Positions 39,706-53,673 of a stretch of 64,000 nucleotides of DNA are shown piece by piece. The notes beneath the pieces are model-generated. The model was given only the letters and a program-made list of their open reading frames with translations, did not search any database and was not told where the DNA came from. The DNA is from the human T2T-CHM13v2.0 reference genome, Homo sapiens: the NCBI RefSeq assembly GCF_009914755.1, contig NC_060928.1; one strand, written 5' to 3'. The position numbers and the translations under genes are program-made. Position 1 is the stretch's first letter; each line of letters opens with the position of its first letter.

Positions 39706-42036
39706 TATCTAGAAATTGTATATTTGATAGAGTAAGATACCACTAAGGAATGACTTTCAACCATAGTACATGTCCAAAATTGAGAAACCTGGAGCCTTAG
39801 ATAGCATCATGAAGAACAGATGTCAGAATCCCAGGTTCTTTGTCTTGATATGCCACTAATAAGTTAGGAGAATTATGATTACATATCAACACGGAGATAT
39901 TCTAAGAGTCAAGCCTGATAGTGAAAGTGCCAGTGCTTAAATGTTGTTTAGTAATATTGTTAATTTGAAATATGGGAATACCAAAGCAATATTTCAAAGT
40001 AGAGTCTTCATATTGTCGGTTAATTTAAAAAGTCCCACCATTCAACATTAACGCAACTTGGACAAAATACATATTTGAGGATGTAGTAGAAGTGGTTGAG
40101 AGGGATGCTGAATTCCTAATACAACTAACTTTCCCATTTATAAAAGTAAAACATGCTTGCTGAGTAATATTAAGAAACTACAGATAAACATAAAGAATAT
40201 AGAAAGTATCTATAACTTTACCATCCAGATGTAAGCAATATTTTATGCTCTTTTTCAAAATTATGATAATATAAATTATTTTACCTAGATTATTTCAGTT
40301 AACTTAATATTTTGACCATTTGTTTCATTCAAGATTCTTTGAAATCGTACTTTTGATTCTCTGCACATTTCCTACTGTATAGCAATACATATGTTGTTTA
40401 TTCCCCTCTTCCTGATCCCAGTGCTTTTTTTTTTTTTTACTTTCCCATGGCAATGAGGATGGTAAATAAGGTTGCAAAAAGCTAGACAATTACATCCTAC
40501 AAATTCATAGAGCATATCCCCAAATAAGTGTTTTGTATACAAGTAGTATTTCTGGAGTCTGAGGTCTCTAAGTATGCTACTGAGATTTTATTTTTTTAAG
40601 AATAAAACATCCTGACAAAACAGAGCATGCCCTGACCCTCTCACCAAGCTCTGGGGATCTCACAGATTTAATGAAGGATCCTTCAGCTTCTGACCCCTCA
40701 AGTCTTGAAATACTGCCTGAGCAATACCTAGACATAAATATTTATGAGTGGCTCCAAAACCCTGCACTAATTTTCTGCAACCCAATTAGCAAAATTTGGC
40801 AAGAGAAAAGTGTCCTTCACCTTGTGGATCACTAGCAAATCAGACAGTAAAAGAGCCAAATGGACCATGGGAGGTCAGAGAGTTTATGCCCCATTTTATG
40901 TCTCAGGAAAACTGAAGACCATGAAGGTTAAGTGACTTGGCTGAAGTGACAGCGTGTTGAATGAGGCTCAAACACTGGCTAGTAGAAAAATACTGCTTTT
41001 ACATTTCCTGAAAGGAAAATGTCATCTCTAATAATTTACATTGAAAAAATGACTCCTCACTTTTTATTGTATTCTATTTTCTTATCTGTGGAAAACAAAT
41101 TTAGGGACCAGTTTAGAACCTCATGTATTATACCTTGGTCTCTTCTTAAGACTAAAATATTATGGGAATTCATAAGAAATCATTGGCCCTGGAATATTCA
41201 GGCAAAAACAATGCAAGTTTATGAATTTATTGCCACCATGTTTTATTTGAGAGCTTGAACTCTTAAAGATTAAGAGAAAAGCTAAAACATTTTTCTTCAA
41301 GACAGCTACAAGCTAAGGCTTGTTATTAATAGAGGTTACACTTGAGGCGGGAAAATAGGCTGTGACTCTGGCCAACGTTAAGCTTGGAGAGAAGCCCAAA
41401 TGAACAGCTTTGAAAGTAGACAATCTCTCCAACTTCTGTACAATAGAGGCAGACATCTCTTTGGAAAGCTTAAATGGTGGAAGAACCAAGTTGCCAAGTA
41501 CTAGTCATGACAGAGCAATGTTTCCAGCATGAGAGAATGTTGAGAGAGTCACAGACTCAATGGCTAATGTGTAGAAACTGCAAGTAGTGACCTGAGAGTT
41601 TTAAGCCCTTCTGTTAGTAATGGAACAACAATGAAAGTATTCAAAGAATATAAACATCCAAACAGAGACACAAAAAAGGTCATGAAAGGAAAAGTCTACT
41701 TTCTGAAATACAAATGAAAAGATCAATATATAAATTCCTAGAAGAGGCTAGCTAATTCGAGTGCTCTTGTCGTATAGAGGGAAGAAATATGACATGAAGT
41801 TAACATATTAAAACTTAATTGCCTCCATAACAACTCACCTAAATTATTTAATTTGGAACATTTTTTTTCTGGTACTGGTAAACACCTCAGTATGAAACAG
41901 TCATTTTGCTCAATTGTTTTGTAGATACAATAGAGCTTCACTCTACAGAATCCTTGAAATGTGAGTCATTAAAGATGACATGTCTTCAGAATAACAGAGG
42001 GGTTACCTATTTAAGTACCAAATATAGTGCATACAG

Positions 42037-42038
42037 AT

Positions 42039-42070
<32 letters not shown>

Positions 42071-42086
42071 ATACATATATATATAT
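42037..42086. repeat. (TG)n(TA)n microsatellite
   Basis: Directly visible. Confidence 0.9.
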
Positions 42087-43867
42087 TAATTTAACATTTT
42101 GACAGAAAATCATTCTAAAATGTATTAAATTTTATAAGGCTTCCTTAAAAGCACATTAAACATAATGCAATTTTCTTTGATGGCCCAAAGTCACCATTGT
42201 GAATATTAATTATTATACTGTGCTATAATAAAATTATGTCTGTGAGGCCCTCAAAAATGGGTACGCTCTATTGACTCTAGAATTACACAATGTCAGAATG
42301 AAATGGGACCTGAGAGCTTGTCCAGCATTCCCAATTACAGATGGGACACTAACATCAAGAGAAGAGTGATGTGATTTAATTAAGCGGACACAACAGTTAT
42401 CTACCCCAGGTCTCCCAACTTCTTATCCAGAGTCCTTTCACTTAACCCGCACTGCACAGCATCATCACCTATGCTTTCATTTGTTCTTCTGCTGCCTTTT
42501 GAAGTTTTTTTCTCTTCTCCCTGGTTAGGGTCTATGTTCACCCCCATCACTGTTGTTGGTGATGAAATCTCATCCTCCCATACTGTGCACTGTAATGATA
42601 GGTGGGGTAGTTCTGGAATGTGGGAGGGCACGGGAGCCCATGACCATCAGACGGTAATGACTAGATGTCAGTTTCTGGAGCATGTCCAGAGAAGATTTAG
42701 GAGAGTGATCTAACCTGGCTCCCCAGTCAAGGAGTCTAACCAAATGCTGGAGTTGAAGGTACAGAGCCAAAGTGAGGGGTAGGTGCAGAAACCAAAACAC
42801 CAGGTATGAGTTGCTGGAAGGAGCAAGCCATGGGAAGTGATCTGGGTGAATTCCAATGACTAAGATGTCTTTACCTTCTCCAGGGTGATCATATATTAAA
42901 AATAAGTACAACGAAAGGGGCAGAGACTGTGTGCCTTTTTTATGGCCCCTCAACTATCCTATTTTAATTCTGGCTTGGAAAAGAACTCATTCCTTGGATG
43001 GTTACACAGGGGTGTCATTGAGATCTGGTAAGTAACCTGATGGGCTTACATTCAGGTAATAGGCATGGGTTATGAGGCAGGGGCCTATGGCAGTTCAGAA
43101 ATCTTTGCTTATTTCCTGGTAAATATCTCTTTCTGGCTTTGTTCCAGAGCTCTCTGAGGTTTCAGAACAATTAAATTCCAGGTAGGTGAGATGTTACTTT
43201 ATGCTTTGGTTTCCATGTGAATAAATAGATAAGGCAATAGCCTCGTGTATTAGGAGGAGGGGGAAATGGCATTTTAAAAGCCAGGTGCATTTGAGCCTGT
43301 TCTAGCAGGTTGGTGAATTTTCACTGTCAGGAACAACTGTCCTTTTGTTTAAAATGATGAATGAGGCTCCCAGGGGGTAAATGACCTGTCTAGGGTGCCA
43401 CAACAACAAGGATATTGCCTCTGATTAAAACAGTCAAGTATTAGAGCCTAGTGCTCCAAGTGGTGGTCATAGGTCAGGTTATTATCATCTCAGGGTGGAA
43501 AATGCTCACTATGTGGTGGGCACAGGAGATTCTATTGTGCTTTCTTCCTCATTCTTTCCTGTAGTGCCAGAAGGAAGCTTTGCTCTGCTGCATAGTCTGG
43601 AAGACAAATTGATATTCTCCATAGGAACAGACAGGATGATTCATGCTGTGTGGTACATAATTAAGGTCTGTGAACTCAAAATGAGCAAACCAGGATGTTA
43701 GTAATCTTGGTAGAGAAGTGGCTCAAGAGGGCAGGCATACCTTATTCTTTATTTTAATCTCTTTGAGGTAGGAGAGTTCAACTTCTCTGAGATAAGGGAA
43801 CTTATCCAGAATAGAAATTCTTTTCAAGTTTTTTCTCTCCTATCTCTTGATCTCTCACTTTCATCAT

Positions 43868-43883
43868 TATATATGTAATATAT

Positions 43884-43927
<44 letters not shown>
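43868..43927. repeat. (CA)n(TA)n microsatellite
   Basis: Directly visible. Confidence 0.9.
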
Positions 43928-45509
43928 TTTTTACTTTACTGGCAAGAAACTGGATTTTTCTCTCATCCCTTGTACCTTTGAAGTGTTCATTCAATTCAAA
44001 CAATTACTGAGGCCCTGCAAAGTACTAGGGGACCAAGTACTTCAAAGCCACATATTAAAATGTGGTTCTTATTTCCACAAAAGCCCAGTCTAGTTAGGGA
44101 GAGAGATATGCAAATAAATTATCTGGGTAATTATCTGGCTGTGTCGCTATGGGTAAAACTTAAATTCCATAATTCCAGTCTCCTCAAGTATAAAATGACA
44201 AAAATACTACTTACCTTGCTGATGGTGTTGTGAGTATGAAAGAGTTAAAGTACATAAATCACAAGTAATTTGCTTGGCACATATGAAATAACTTGATACA
44301 AAATAGGAAGCGATAACACAAACTAGTAGATATTCTAACCAAGGAATCGTAAAGAGTCATGGAAACAAAGGAAAGAGGAGGCGACTCTGCCCAGAAGAAG
44401 CAACCATTTGTGGTTTTATGAAGTGGCCATTTGTTGTTTTATGGCTGCCCAGCAAGCACACATTCTTTCTCTGGCAACAGCATCCAATTTCCTTGGACGA
44501 CGCCCTTGTCCCCATACTCAATCCATGTGTTTCTGAGGGAGTTGACTCCATTTTTGGTTACATGGCATGGCAAGAAGCCTTTTCAAAGCTTCAGCAGAGT
44601 CTGGGCTTACAAAGGGAGCCTAAATACTAAATTAAAGTGAACTAAAAGATGGAAAGAACTTGTGGGGCCATTTTCCTTTTGTGATTTCCTTTCTAGGACT
44701 GCACAGAAATAAAAGGGAGGAGAGAGGGAGGGTAAAGAGACAAGGCAGGAACCTGGGTCTCAAGGTGTAAAAATGTCCAAAAGCACATTTTAAAACAATG
44801 ATTGCCTAAATGTTTTACTATTAAACTGTTTAAATTTCAGTGATGTAAACCCCTTCCATCTCCTCAAACTTATTATAATTTGTGATATACACAAAGGTCT
44901 CGTGTGAGTGTTTCTGTTTATTTGTTTTTCTGGAAAGTGAGATAAGTGTTGAGTTCTGTTCTGTGTTATCACGCAGTAGAACTGTAGCAGGATGCTAGAC
45001 TGGCAAACTGATACATAAACTAAACCAACTCAGTGGAAGCAGAAGCTCAGAGTGACATATGGCCAACAGAATGTCAATTACATATAGAAAACTTTAAAAA
45101 ATTGGATGGCAAGAAGGCATAAGACTTCCCTAGGGTATGGAATAGTAATTTGAGCCAATTCTATCTATTTTTGAGGTTAGAAATACTCTAGCTGACACTA
45201 AGGCTATATTTTAGTCCTGTTGTGGTTCATTTGAACTCTGATGCAATAGACAGTCGCACCTTGTTTAAATCCCTGCTGTAGTTCTGAACTAGACGCATAT
45301 AAATGTCAAGTGGCGGGGGACCTATTTCAGAGAAGTAGCAATTGACTCAGCATCAACCAGAGTCCTGGGATTTCTACCACAAAGTCACAGGAAAGCTGTG
45401 GAAAGTACTCTGAAATCACTCTTACAGAATTTGAGTAAGGAGGCTCTTTGAAATTGAATGCTTTTGGCAGAAAACCAAGTGTAAGAAATACTAAATGAGC
45501 TCTCAAAAG

Positions 45510-45660
45510 CAATGCTTTTTAAATTTTGATGTGCGTGTGAATCAACTAGAATTCTTGCTGAAGGGAAGATTCTGATTAGTAGGTCTGGGTAGAACCTGAG
45601 ATTATGCATTTCTAACTGGCTCCCCAATGATGCTGAGGCTGCTAATCTGGGATCCTCATA
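45510..45660. mobile_element. MER5-family MITE fragment
   Basis: agattctgattagtaggtctggg...tgcatttctaac...ctcccca.tgatgctga. Confidence 0.65.
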
Positions 45661-45969
45661 ATATAGAACCTTGAAGTTTATTAAGTAAACTAACCTAATT
45701 ATATAGAGAATTCCTTAAAACTTGAAGTCTTAAAAAAAAAAACAAAAAGAAGAAGAAGTTACTTACTGGGACCCTGCACTGCCTATCTGAGCACAGGCTT
45801 AGAGAAATGAATTCCTACATCAGATTGGTGATTAGGTAGGTTTTTGAGTCTTTTGTAGGAGTCTCATATCACCAAAACCTAAGAATATTCTTGGAAAGTG
45901 CAATACCAAGGATCAGAGAGAATTTGGAGAAAGAGGCAACATTGATCTCTGAGAATATAAAGAATAAAG

Positions 45970-46205
45970 TTAACAATTGCTACCATTTAATATTTACCAT
46001 CTGCCAGACACTGCTGTAAGTATTTTATTACATTATGTCTTAATATTACAGCAGCTCCACAGGTAGGAATAATTGTCATCCCAATTTTAGAGATGAGAAA
46101 ACTAAAACTCAGAGAGGGCAAGTTACTTGCCCAAAGTCTTACAGCTTTGGACAGACATTTGAACACAGGCAGTCCTGCTCTATAGTCCAGTCATAATCAT
46201 TATGC
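45970..46205 (-). mobile_element. MIR
   Basis: ttttagagatgagaaaactaaaactcagagag...acttgcccaaagtc...atttgaacacaggcagtc. Confidence 0.75.
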
Positions 46206-46722
46206 TCTCTATATCTCCTACCTTCATTGCACCACCAAAATAGCTTTTGTTTTGGAGATCAATAAATTTCCATTATGCAAGACACAATAGACATTTTTGG
46301 TCCTCTAAACAACACTGTATGCTGAAGACCTCTCCTTCCTTCTCTAAGTATTACCCTATTATCTTCCCTTGGTTTTTAAGGTTTGAATTTTTCTGGTTTC
46401 TGTTCTGTTTTTCTAAAACTCCTCTCAGCTTTTTTTTAGTACTATATTCCCTTACTTGGCCCTTCAATGCCCAGATTTCTCAGAGCAGAGTCAGAAGCTC
46501 TTGTTTCCTCACCCTGTAGTTTCTTCCAATAAACAATATTAACCACTGCTTTCATTATCACCTCTACACAGAAGACTCCACATTCCCACTCTCTTTTGAA
46601 ACCTAGACTTATGTATCCAACTTGATGTCTCTATTTATATGTCTGAAAAGTTAGGTCAAGTGCAATAAATCTAAAACTAAGTTCAAGATGCTGGCTCCAT
46701 CTTCACCTTCCACAAAGCAGCT

Positions 46723-47123
46723 TGTAGAAAAGATTGCTTTCTATGCCCCTTCATATCCCCTTGGCTTTATGATTTTGTGATTACCCCACATGACAAGCCA
46801 AAGGGCTAGAGAATTGTTGCCTGCTAGTCAACTCATAGTTGACAGGAGAGGAGCTGTGGAATAAATACCCCAGTTCTCTTTTCCTTCAGATGGGATATGC
46901 TGAGACATAGTCCATGCTGGCTTCTAGGGTTCCCCAACAGGCATGAGCTACTGTACTCCACAGTGGTAAATACCTTGATAATGTAACTTGTATTGCTGTT
47001 CTTCCCTTCTCAGTCCTACTTCCTTACTCCCCATTGGTGTTTCCTGGTCCCAACCCCCAAATAAAACATTTGCCCTTAAACCTGTCTTGGGGTCTGCTTC
47101 TGGAAAAAGACCAGGTCAAGACA
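46723..47123 (+). mobile_element. LTR16-family ERVL solo LTR (inside L2 relic)
   Basis: ataaataccccag, cacagtggtaa, ggtgtttcctgg...cccaaataaa...ggtctgcttctgg...aagaca. Confidence 0.7.
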
Positions 47124-47209
47124 TACCTTCCCCTTGATTTTCTTATGTGTTCATTTCTCAATGAATGGCTGCACCGTCAGTCTTATTCCACTAGCTAAAC
47201 AGCCAGGTT

Positions 47210-47519
47210 GGCTGGGAGCGGTGGCTCACACCTGTAATCCCAGCACTTTGGGAGGCCGAAGTGGGCAGATCACGAGGTCAGGAGATTGAGACCAGCCTGG
47301 CCAACATGCTGAAACTCTGTCTCTACTAAAAATATAAAAATTAGCTGGGCATGGTGGCCAGCGCCTGTAATCCCAGCTACTCTGGAGGGTGAGGCAGGAG
47401 AATTGTTTGAATCCTGAAGGAGGAGGTTGCAGTGAGCCGATATTGCCCAGTGCACTCCAGCCTGGGCAACAAGAGTGAAACTCCATCTCAAAAAAAAAAA
47501 AAAAAAGAAAAAGAAAAAA
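47210..47519 (+). mobile_element. AluS
   Basis: Full sense Alu dimer with A-rich tail. Confidence 0.95.
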
Positions 47520-48885
47520 GCCAGAGTCATCCACTTCCTTCCACTCCAGATCCACCATCACCCAGAATGACAAATGTTTTCTATTAAAAAGCTTCAAATT
47601 GCCCACCTTTCCATCTCCTCCACCAACTCCATAGTCCAGTACTATTATTTTCTCACTTGCAATAGTAAAAAAAAAAAAAAAAAGGAAAAAAAAGAAATTC
47701 CTCTAATTGGTCTCCCATACCTACTCTTGATCTCCTCAAATCAGTAGGAATATAAAGCAACTCTGCTCATGTCACACCCTCCAAGTGCCCCCTATTTAAA
47801 CCTTTTAGTGGATTTCAGGCTAATGAAAGGCAAGCTTAACTACTGGACAAGGTACTGTGAGATTTGTTTTCGCTTCCCTTTCTGGCTTCACCTTACATCA
47901 AACTACCCCTCATACCCTGGGCTCTACCCACTCTGAACCTTAAACTAGTGTCTTTGTGTTTTCAACCTCACTAATGGATTTTAGTAAGGTGTGAAAGCAA
48001 TTTAGTTTGTCAAAGTCAGAATTTCATTTTAATGTAATGGGAGAAAAAAGAGTGTTATTTGTTAGAACTTTTCTTTCAAATGTTTGTGTACTGCATTCAT
48101 GATGAACAACATATTTGTAATCAAAGACCACATCCAAAAAGAGTTTGAAAAATGATGCATTAAACATACCATGTTTTTCCCACCAATGAGCTTCAGCGGA
48201 TGCTATTCCCTCTGTGGGAAAAGCTGTGCCCCAAACTCTTTGCCTACAAATTCCTATATACTCTCTTAACATCAACTGCATCCATGCTGGGGTCCTAAGG
48301 GCCTGGGGGATGGCAAGCGATCAGGATTTAAAAGACTGGCCCCCAGGAAGCACCACATGTAGCTGAGGAGAATCCAACACATCCAATTGGAGAAAGTTAA
48401 AAGTAAAAGCCATGAAGAATCCAAATATCAGCCTGCAGGATGGCTGTGAACCATAGCAACCCAAAAGAGATGGGTTATGAGACAGAGTGGGAAATAGAAC
48501 CTGCAGATGTGCTTCAAGCCATCAGAGTGTAGCCACTGGGACTTCTACAGGTCACTCGGGCACACTGTGAAGGGCAAATTGTAGACTGAAAAAGCTTTGG
48601 CAAAGATACCATATTTAGAAAGCTAGTTCAGCAGCCCTGGTCAGAGGTGTAAGCATATTTATTTGTAAGGAGAGCAGCTATAGCATTGGAGAAAAGAGGC
48701 AAACATGAAAGATGTTAAGGAGGGAGAATCTATAAGATTTGGCTACAATGCAGTCTATCTCATGTATTTATTAGACACTGAATAGTTGTAAATGGGTATT
48801 TTACAGTTGATTTATACAGACTCCAGAGCTAACTTTCATAGGGTGAGGACTTTGAAACTGGTTAAAAAAATTTAAAAAGCATTTC

Positions 48886-49277
<392 letters not shown>

Positions 49278-52026
49278 TCAGCAAGCGAGGAGAGTTCTTA
49301 GCTGTGGGTAACTTATGAGGATACAGACACAAGATTGTAAAGATGGGATAAATTTCAACCTTTTAATTGACAGGTAAGAAACTGAGGCTCAGAACTTCAT
49401 TGTGTTACAAACTAAGAGCCAAAGCTGCAATCAGAACCCAGATCTTTAGCCAGGTAGAGGAAGACTCTGTCCTATCTTCTATGGTTGGTCAAAGGTGTGG
49501 CTCCTGAGCATGAGTCACATGAGTCTCTTCTTTTTATACTAGCAAGACCAAGAAACTTCTTTGGTGCAAGTACACTGTGTTCCCACTGTCACCAACTGTG
49601 TGGGAACAACACCACATCACTCCTTGGTAACGAAGGTAAGTCATTACTGGGTCCCTGACTCCAGACAGGAGTTCTAATTATATGTAAGTGAAGAAAAACT
49701 GTTATTTTTAAAATGAGGACATGGGTTAGAATTATGGTAATTTAAATAGAAGAAAAGGAAGTTTGGGGAAAGAAAAAGATAGTTTAATACTTGGGTAGTT
49801 TTGGGAATAAAGGAGAAAGAGGCATAAAGAAAGAATCTGAGGCTTGGAGGCTGGGATGAAAGTGGGCACCAATGACCAAAATGGGGTCCCCTGGGAAGGA
49901 AAGTCAGCTCAGGTCAGAGAGAAAAAGACCATTAGTCCAGCCTTGGATGTTAACCTTGAGAAGAGGGGGAGGTATGCATGTGATGATTTCCTGCTGATGT
50001 GTTATTTAGGAAAAAAAATGTTTTAAATCACCTAAGACAGTTTTATTTCCAATTTGAGTCAGAAAGACAAGGTTAGCAGTTGCAGTAGCAGGGATAGGGG
50101 CCTAAAAGAAGCACGCAAATTGCAGGGGAAAGTATCGATTGCAGTTTTTATCATCTAAGCTGATACCTAGGAAACCTCGCTATCTCCTCATATATTCAGT
50201 CAGGAGAATAGAAGACAGAGGTCTGGAAGAGGCTTTATCTTCTCTTTATTAGATACATCAAAACCGATACAGCACAAAGCTGCTCCTCAAAGCTGCCCTG
50301 TCGTGACCACCGGAGGACCAGTAGCCAACCTCCAATATTATATCCCTAGCCAACTTTTCACACAGCTGCACCTAAGAGATGCTTTCAAATAGGCTGCCTG
50401 GAGAGGTTTGCTGGTGCAGGAGTGAGCGTCTTTTAAGCACTCACAACTGATGACAATGCTGGAGAAGGAAGGCCGGCAGTTCTCCAGGGTAGGGCAGCTG
50501 ATGGGAAATTCGGGGAAACAGTTGTAGAGAGGAGAACATAAAGAATGGATAAAAATTGAACTAAATTTAGATTCGGATGTTAAGAGCAACATGAATAAGA
50601 GGAGAACAAGAAGAGTATGTAAAAGCTCCTTTAGTTCCCAGAAATGAAACTTCTATGAAAGTCAGACTCACTGTAAAGAATTACTTCAAAGACCTGGAGA
50701 GACGCACAGACCTTGAAGTTCACCTAGTCTACCATCTCCCACCTCCCACTCACACACAGACACACAGCCTCCACAAAGAAGAAACTGAGGCCAGAGAGGC
50801 CACCTGTCCAGCTGGCAGTCCATGGGCAAGAGTTAGTGGCAGAATCTGGGAATACACTCAGGATTGCAGACACATGCTCCCGATGTCCAGGCACAGTTCC
50901 ACACTACAGTGCAAAACCTGTTTAAGATACAGCCTTGGTAAACATTAACCCCAACATGTCGGAAGTTGTTATAGATATCTAAAAAATAGAAAAAATATTA
51001 GAGGTAACAATAAGTAATACCAGTGATGAAATATAAGGTGCAACTAAAATAATTTATATTCCATATAAAAAGGAATTGAGCCCCCTAAAATAGGTCTATC
51101 AGAAAGGGTAGGGTTCCCCACTCTAATGAGCTGTCTGTTCTTGCAGAGTTTCTAGTTCTATCTATGGGCTCATTCACCTATTACCCCTTCTACGTTCTGG
51201 TCCTGCCCCTGAGGGCCATAAGGCTGCCACAAAACGAACTGTTCAACGACAAAGTCAATCCTGTTTCTAAACTCTGTTTTGACCTCACTCCTAGTTCTAT
51301 ATCTAAGGCTTTACTTCCTTTGCAGCTCTTGACCTGCATCTCTGGTGCCAACCATGGTAATCCTATTTGCCAATTTCCATCCTAAGACACGGGTCCCATT
51401 CTTTCATTTTAAATTCTGTACTGTACCTATCATCTCAAACTTCTGGAAGAGCCCACAAGTTCTCATCATGGTATCATTCCTCAGTCCAAGCTCTTTTCAA
51501 AACCTTGACCGCTAGATTTTGAGCTCAGTCTGTGTACTCAGGTCACTTATTGTCCATTTTGTCTGTTGTGGCTTGACAGATATCCAGTCTTATCTTGCTC
51601 TGTTCTCTGGATTCATAGCACTTATTTGTCCTGCACCCAATTCCTTACATTCCCATTGACTTCCAAATTTAATCATCCTGACTGCCCCAAATAAGACTTT
51701 GACAATTTGGTTTTGGCAGCAAAAAAAAAGGAAAAAAGAAAGACAAAAACCAAAAGTTAGGGAGGAAATAGATCTTCTTTTAGAAAAAGTTATTACTAAT
51801 ATATCTAAATATAAAGCCTAAAAGTGAAGAAATTCTATAATCCATAGGTATTATTCAGGCTATGGTGTGCCACTGTTAACAAATTCATCTGGAAATCTCA
51901 GTGGGTTAACACAAGATACATTTATTTCTCCTTCTTGGTATAATTCAGTGGGTGTTGGGGGGGCAGTGTGGGGAAAAATCTACTATGTGTAGAAACTGGA
52001 GGCCTGGGTTAAAGGAAGCCTCAATT

Positions 52027-52091
52027 CAGAGCTTGCAGTGAGCAGAGATCACGCCATTGCACTACAGCCTGGGCGACAGAGCAAGACTCCC

Positions 52092-52125
<34 letters not shown>
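52027..52125 (+). mobile_element. Heavily 5'-truncated AluY-like fragment with A31 tail
   Basis: ~68 nt of right-arm 3' end starting cagagcttgcagtgag; pure A run 52095-52125; imperfect TSD. Confidence 0.9.
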
Positions 52126-52127
<2 letters not shown>

Positions 52128-53673
52128 AGCTCAATTTTTTGAAGCTTCATCAGGAGTATGTGTCCTTGATCGCCTGTCAGGTGAAGACTGAACAATCACA
52201 TGGGGTTTTTACTGCCTCAGCCTGGAACTGATATATATCCCCTTCTGTCTCAGCTCATTAACTAGAAGTAGACACAGAGTCCCACCCATCTGTTAGAACG
52301 CTGCGAAGCCCAACTTCTCCATGCAGCCAAAAGTGGAGAACTGTAGGTCAGGAATGCTAAAAATGTCTGGTGCACAATGATTTCAGTCGACACAACTCTG
52401 GAATTTTTGCAACTGTGTCAGTTAAAGGATTAATGCACTCTCAGTTGTTATAGTGCTTCTCAGTTTTAGTTGGTGGTAAACAAAGTGATTTGCAATAAAT
52501 GTGATAAAAAGGAATGAATATGGACTAATAGGGTCATAAAATGGCAGTGCATTCATCAAAAGCTGAGAGAACCTAAGATGTCAGAGAGTGGTGGTGCTGT
52601 TGCAAGTTTTTTTCACTGTTATGCTTTTGTTTATCTTTGTGGCTTGAGAATTATTCAAATTTAATTCTTAATACGTACCTTGTATTTAATGAATCAAGAT
52701 TCATTAAAAAATGAAACTTGAGATTCATTTGAGACTCACTTGAAATTCATTTAAAAAATGAGAGGCAAAATGGGGCACTTACCTCTCATTTTTACATGTA
52801 ATAGCATATAACATTCAAAAGCATCAAATAGCAAGGATGTCTTGCTATTTTTATTATTTCAACATGACAGCAAGTTTGCAAACAGCAAAATCATATGCAT
52901 AAGTTTTTATCAATATTGTGATTTAATTTTAGAGTGTCACCCACACTTCTACACATATTTATCTTGTAATCATAGCCCTTTAAAAACAAACCTATGATAA
53001 CTATATATATTATTTATGTCACTAGTTTAACTAGACATGTCATTAAAATACTTTAAACTCTCAATGTATAAATTGAACATTCTGCCAAGAGTATACTAAA
53101 AATAATAAGAAGAGAAAGCCATTGAATTTCCCTTTATTCTTGCTTGATCTTCTTCCTATTATTATGTTGAAAAAAAGTTTCAGTTACTTATTTACATTTC
53201 ACTCATGAAATAGTTTTTATACACTTTAAAAATCTACGATAAGAATAGAGCTAATGCCATTCTGTCCCTCTCACTTGCCTAGAGGCATCTAAGTGGTATA
53301 TGAGGACTGGTATCTCTAAAAGCCTCATCACATCTCAGGACATCACATCAGATAAGCAGCAGGAAATAAACATAAACAAATAGTTCCTCTCCAATTTCAC
53401 AGAAGGGGGTTTATCAAGACATGTTTTCTCTATTGAGATTGCTATGGAAGTGAGGCGCTATAGTGAGATCTAATCCTCAATGCTAACAGCCTGCGCTTTC
53501 CTTCCCCGCCTCAGCCATGTGCCTCTCCTAAGCATGCTGAGCCGGAAAAGGGTCAGCCTAGACATGGCCCTCTTTTCTAAAGCTGTGACACTGCATGGGC
53601 ACAAGACAATCAGGCTCCTCTGTGGAATTTAAGATACTTCTTAATTCTGAAAGCTCACAAATACTACTACTAC

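Noticed and set aside
43464-43476. DR1-like nuclear receptor site TGGTCATAGGTCA
   Set aside because: Single imperfect motif with no supporting context
47226-47606. 126-aa ORF and similar ORFs at 1592, 29946, 49002, 54647
   Set aside because: Alu-derived frames
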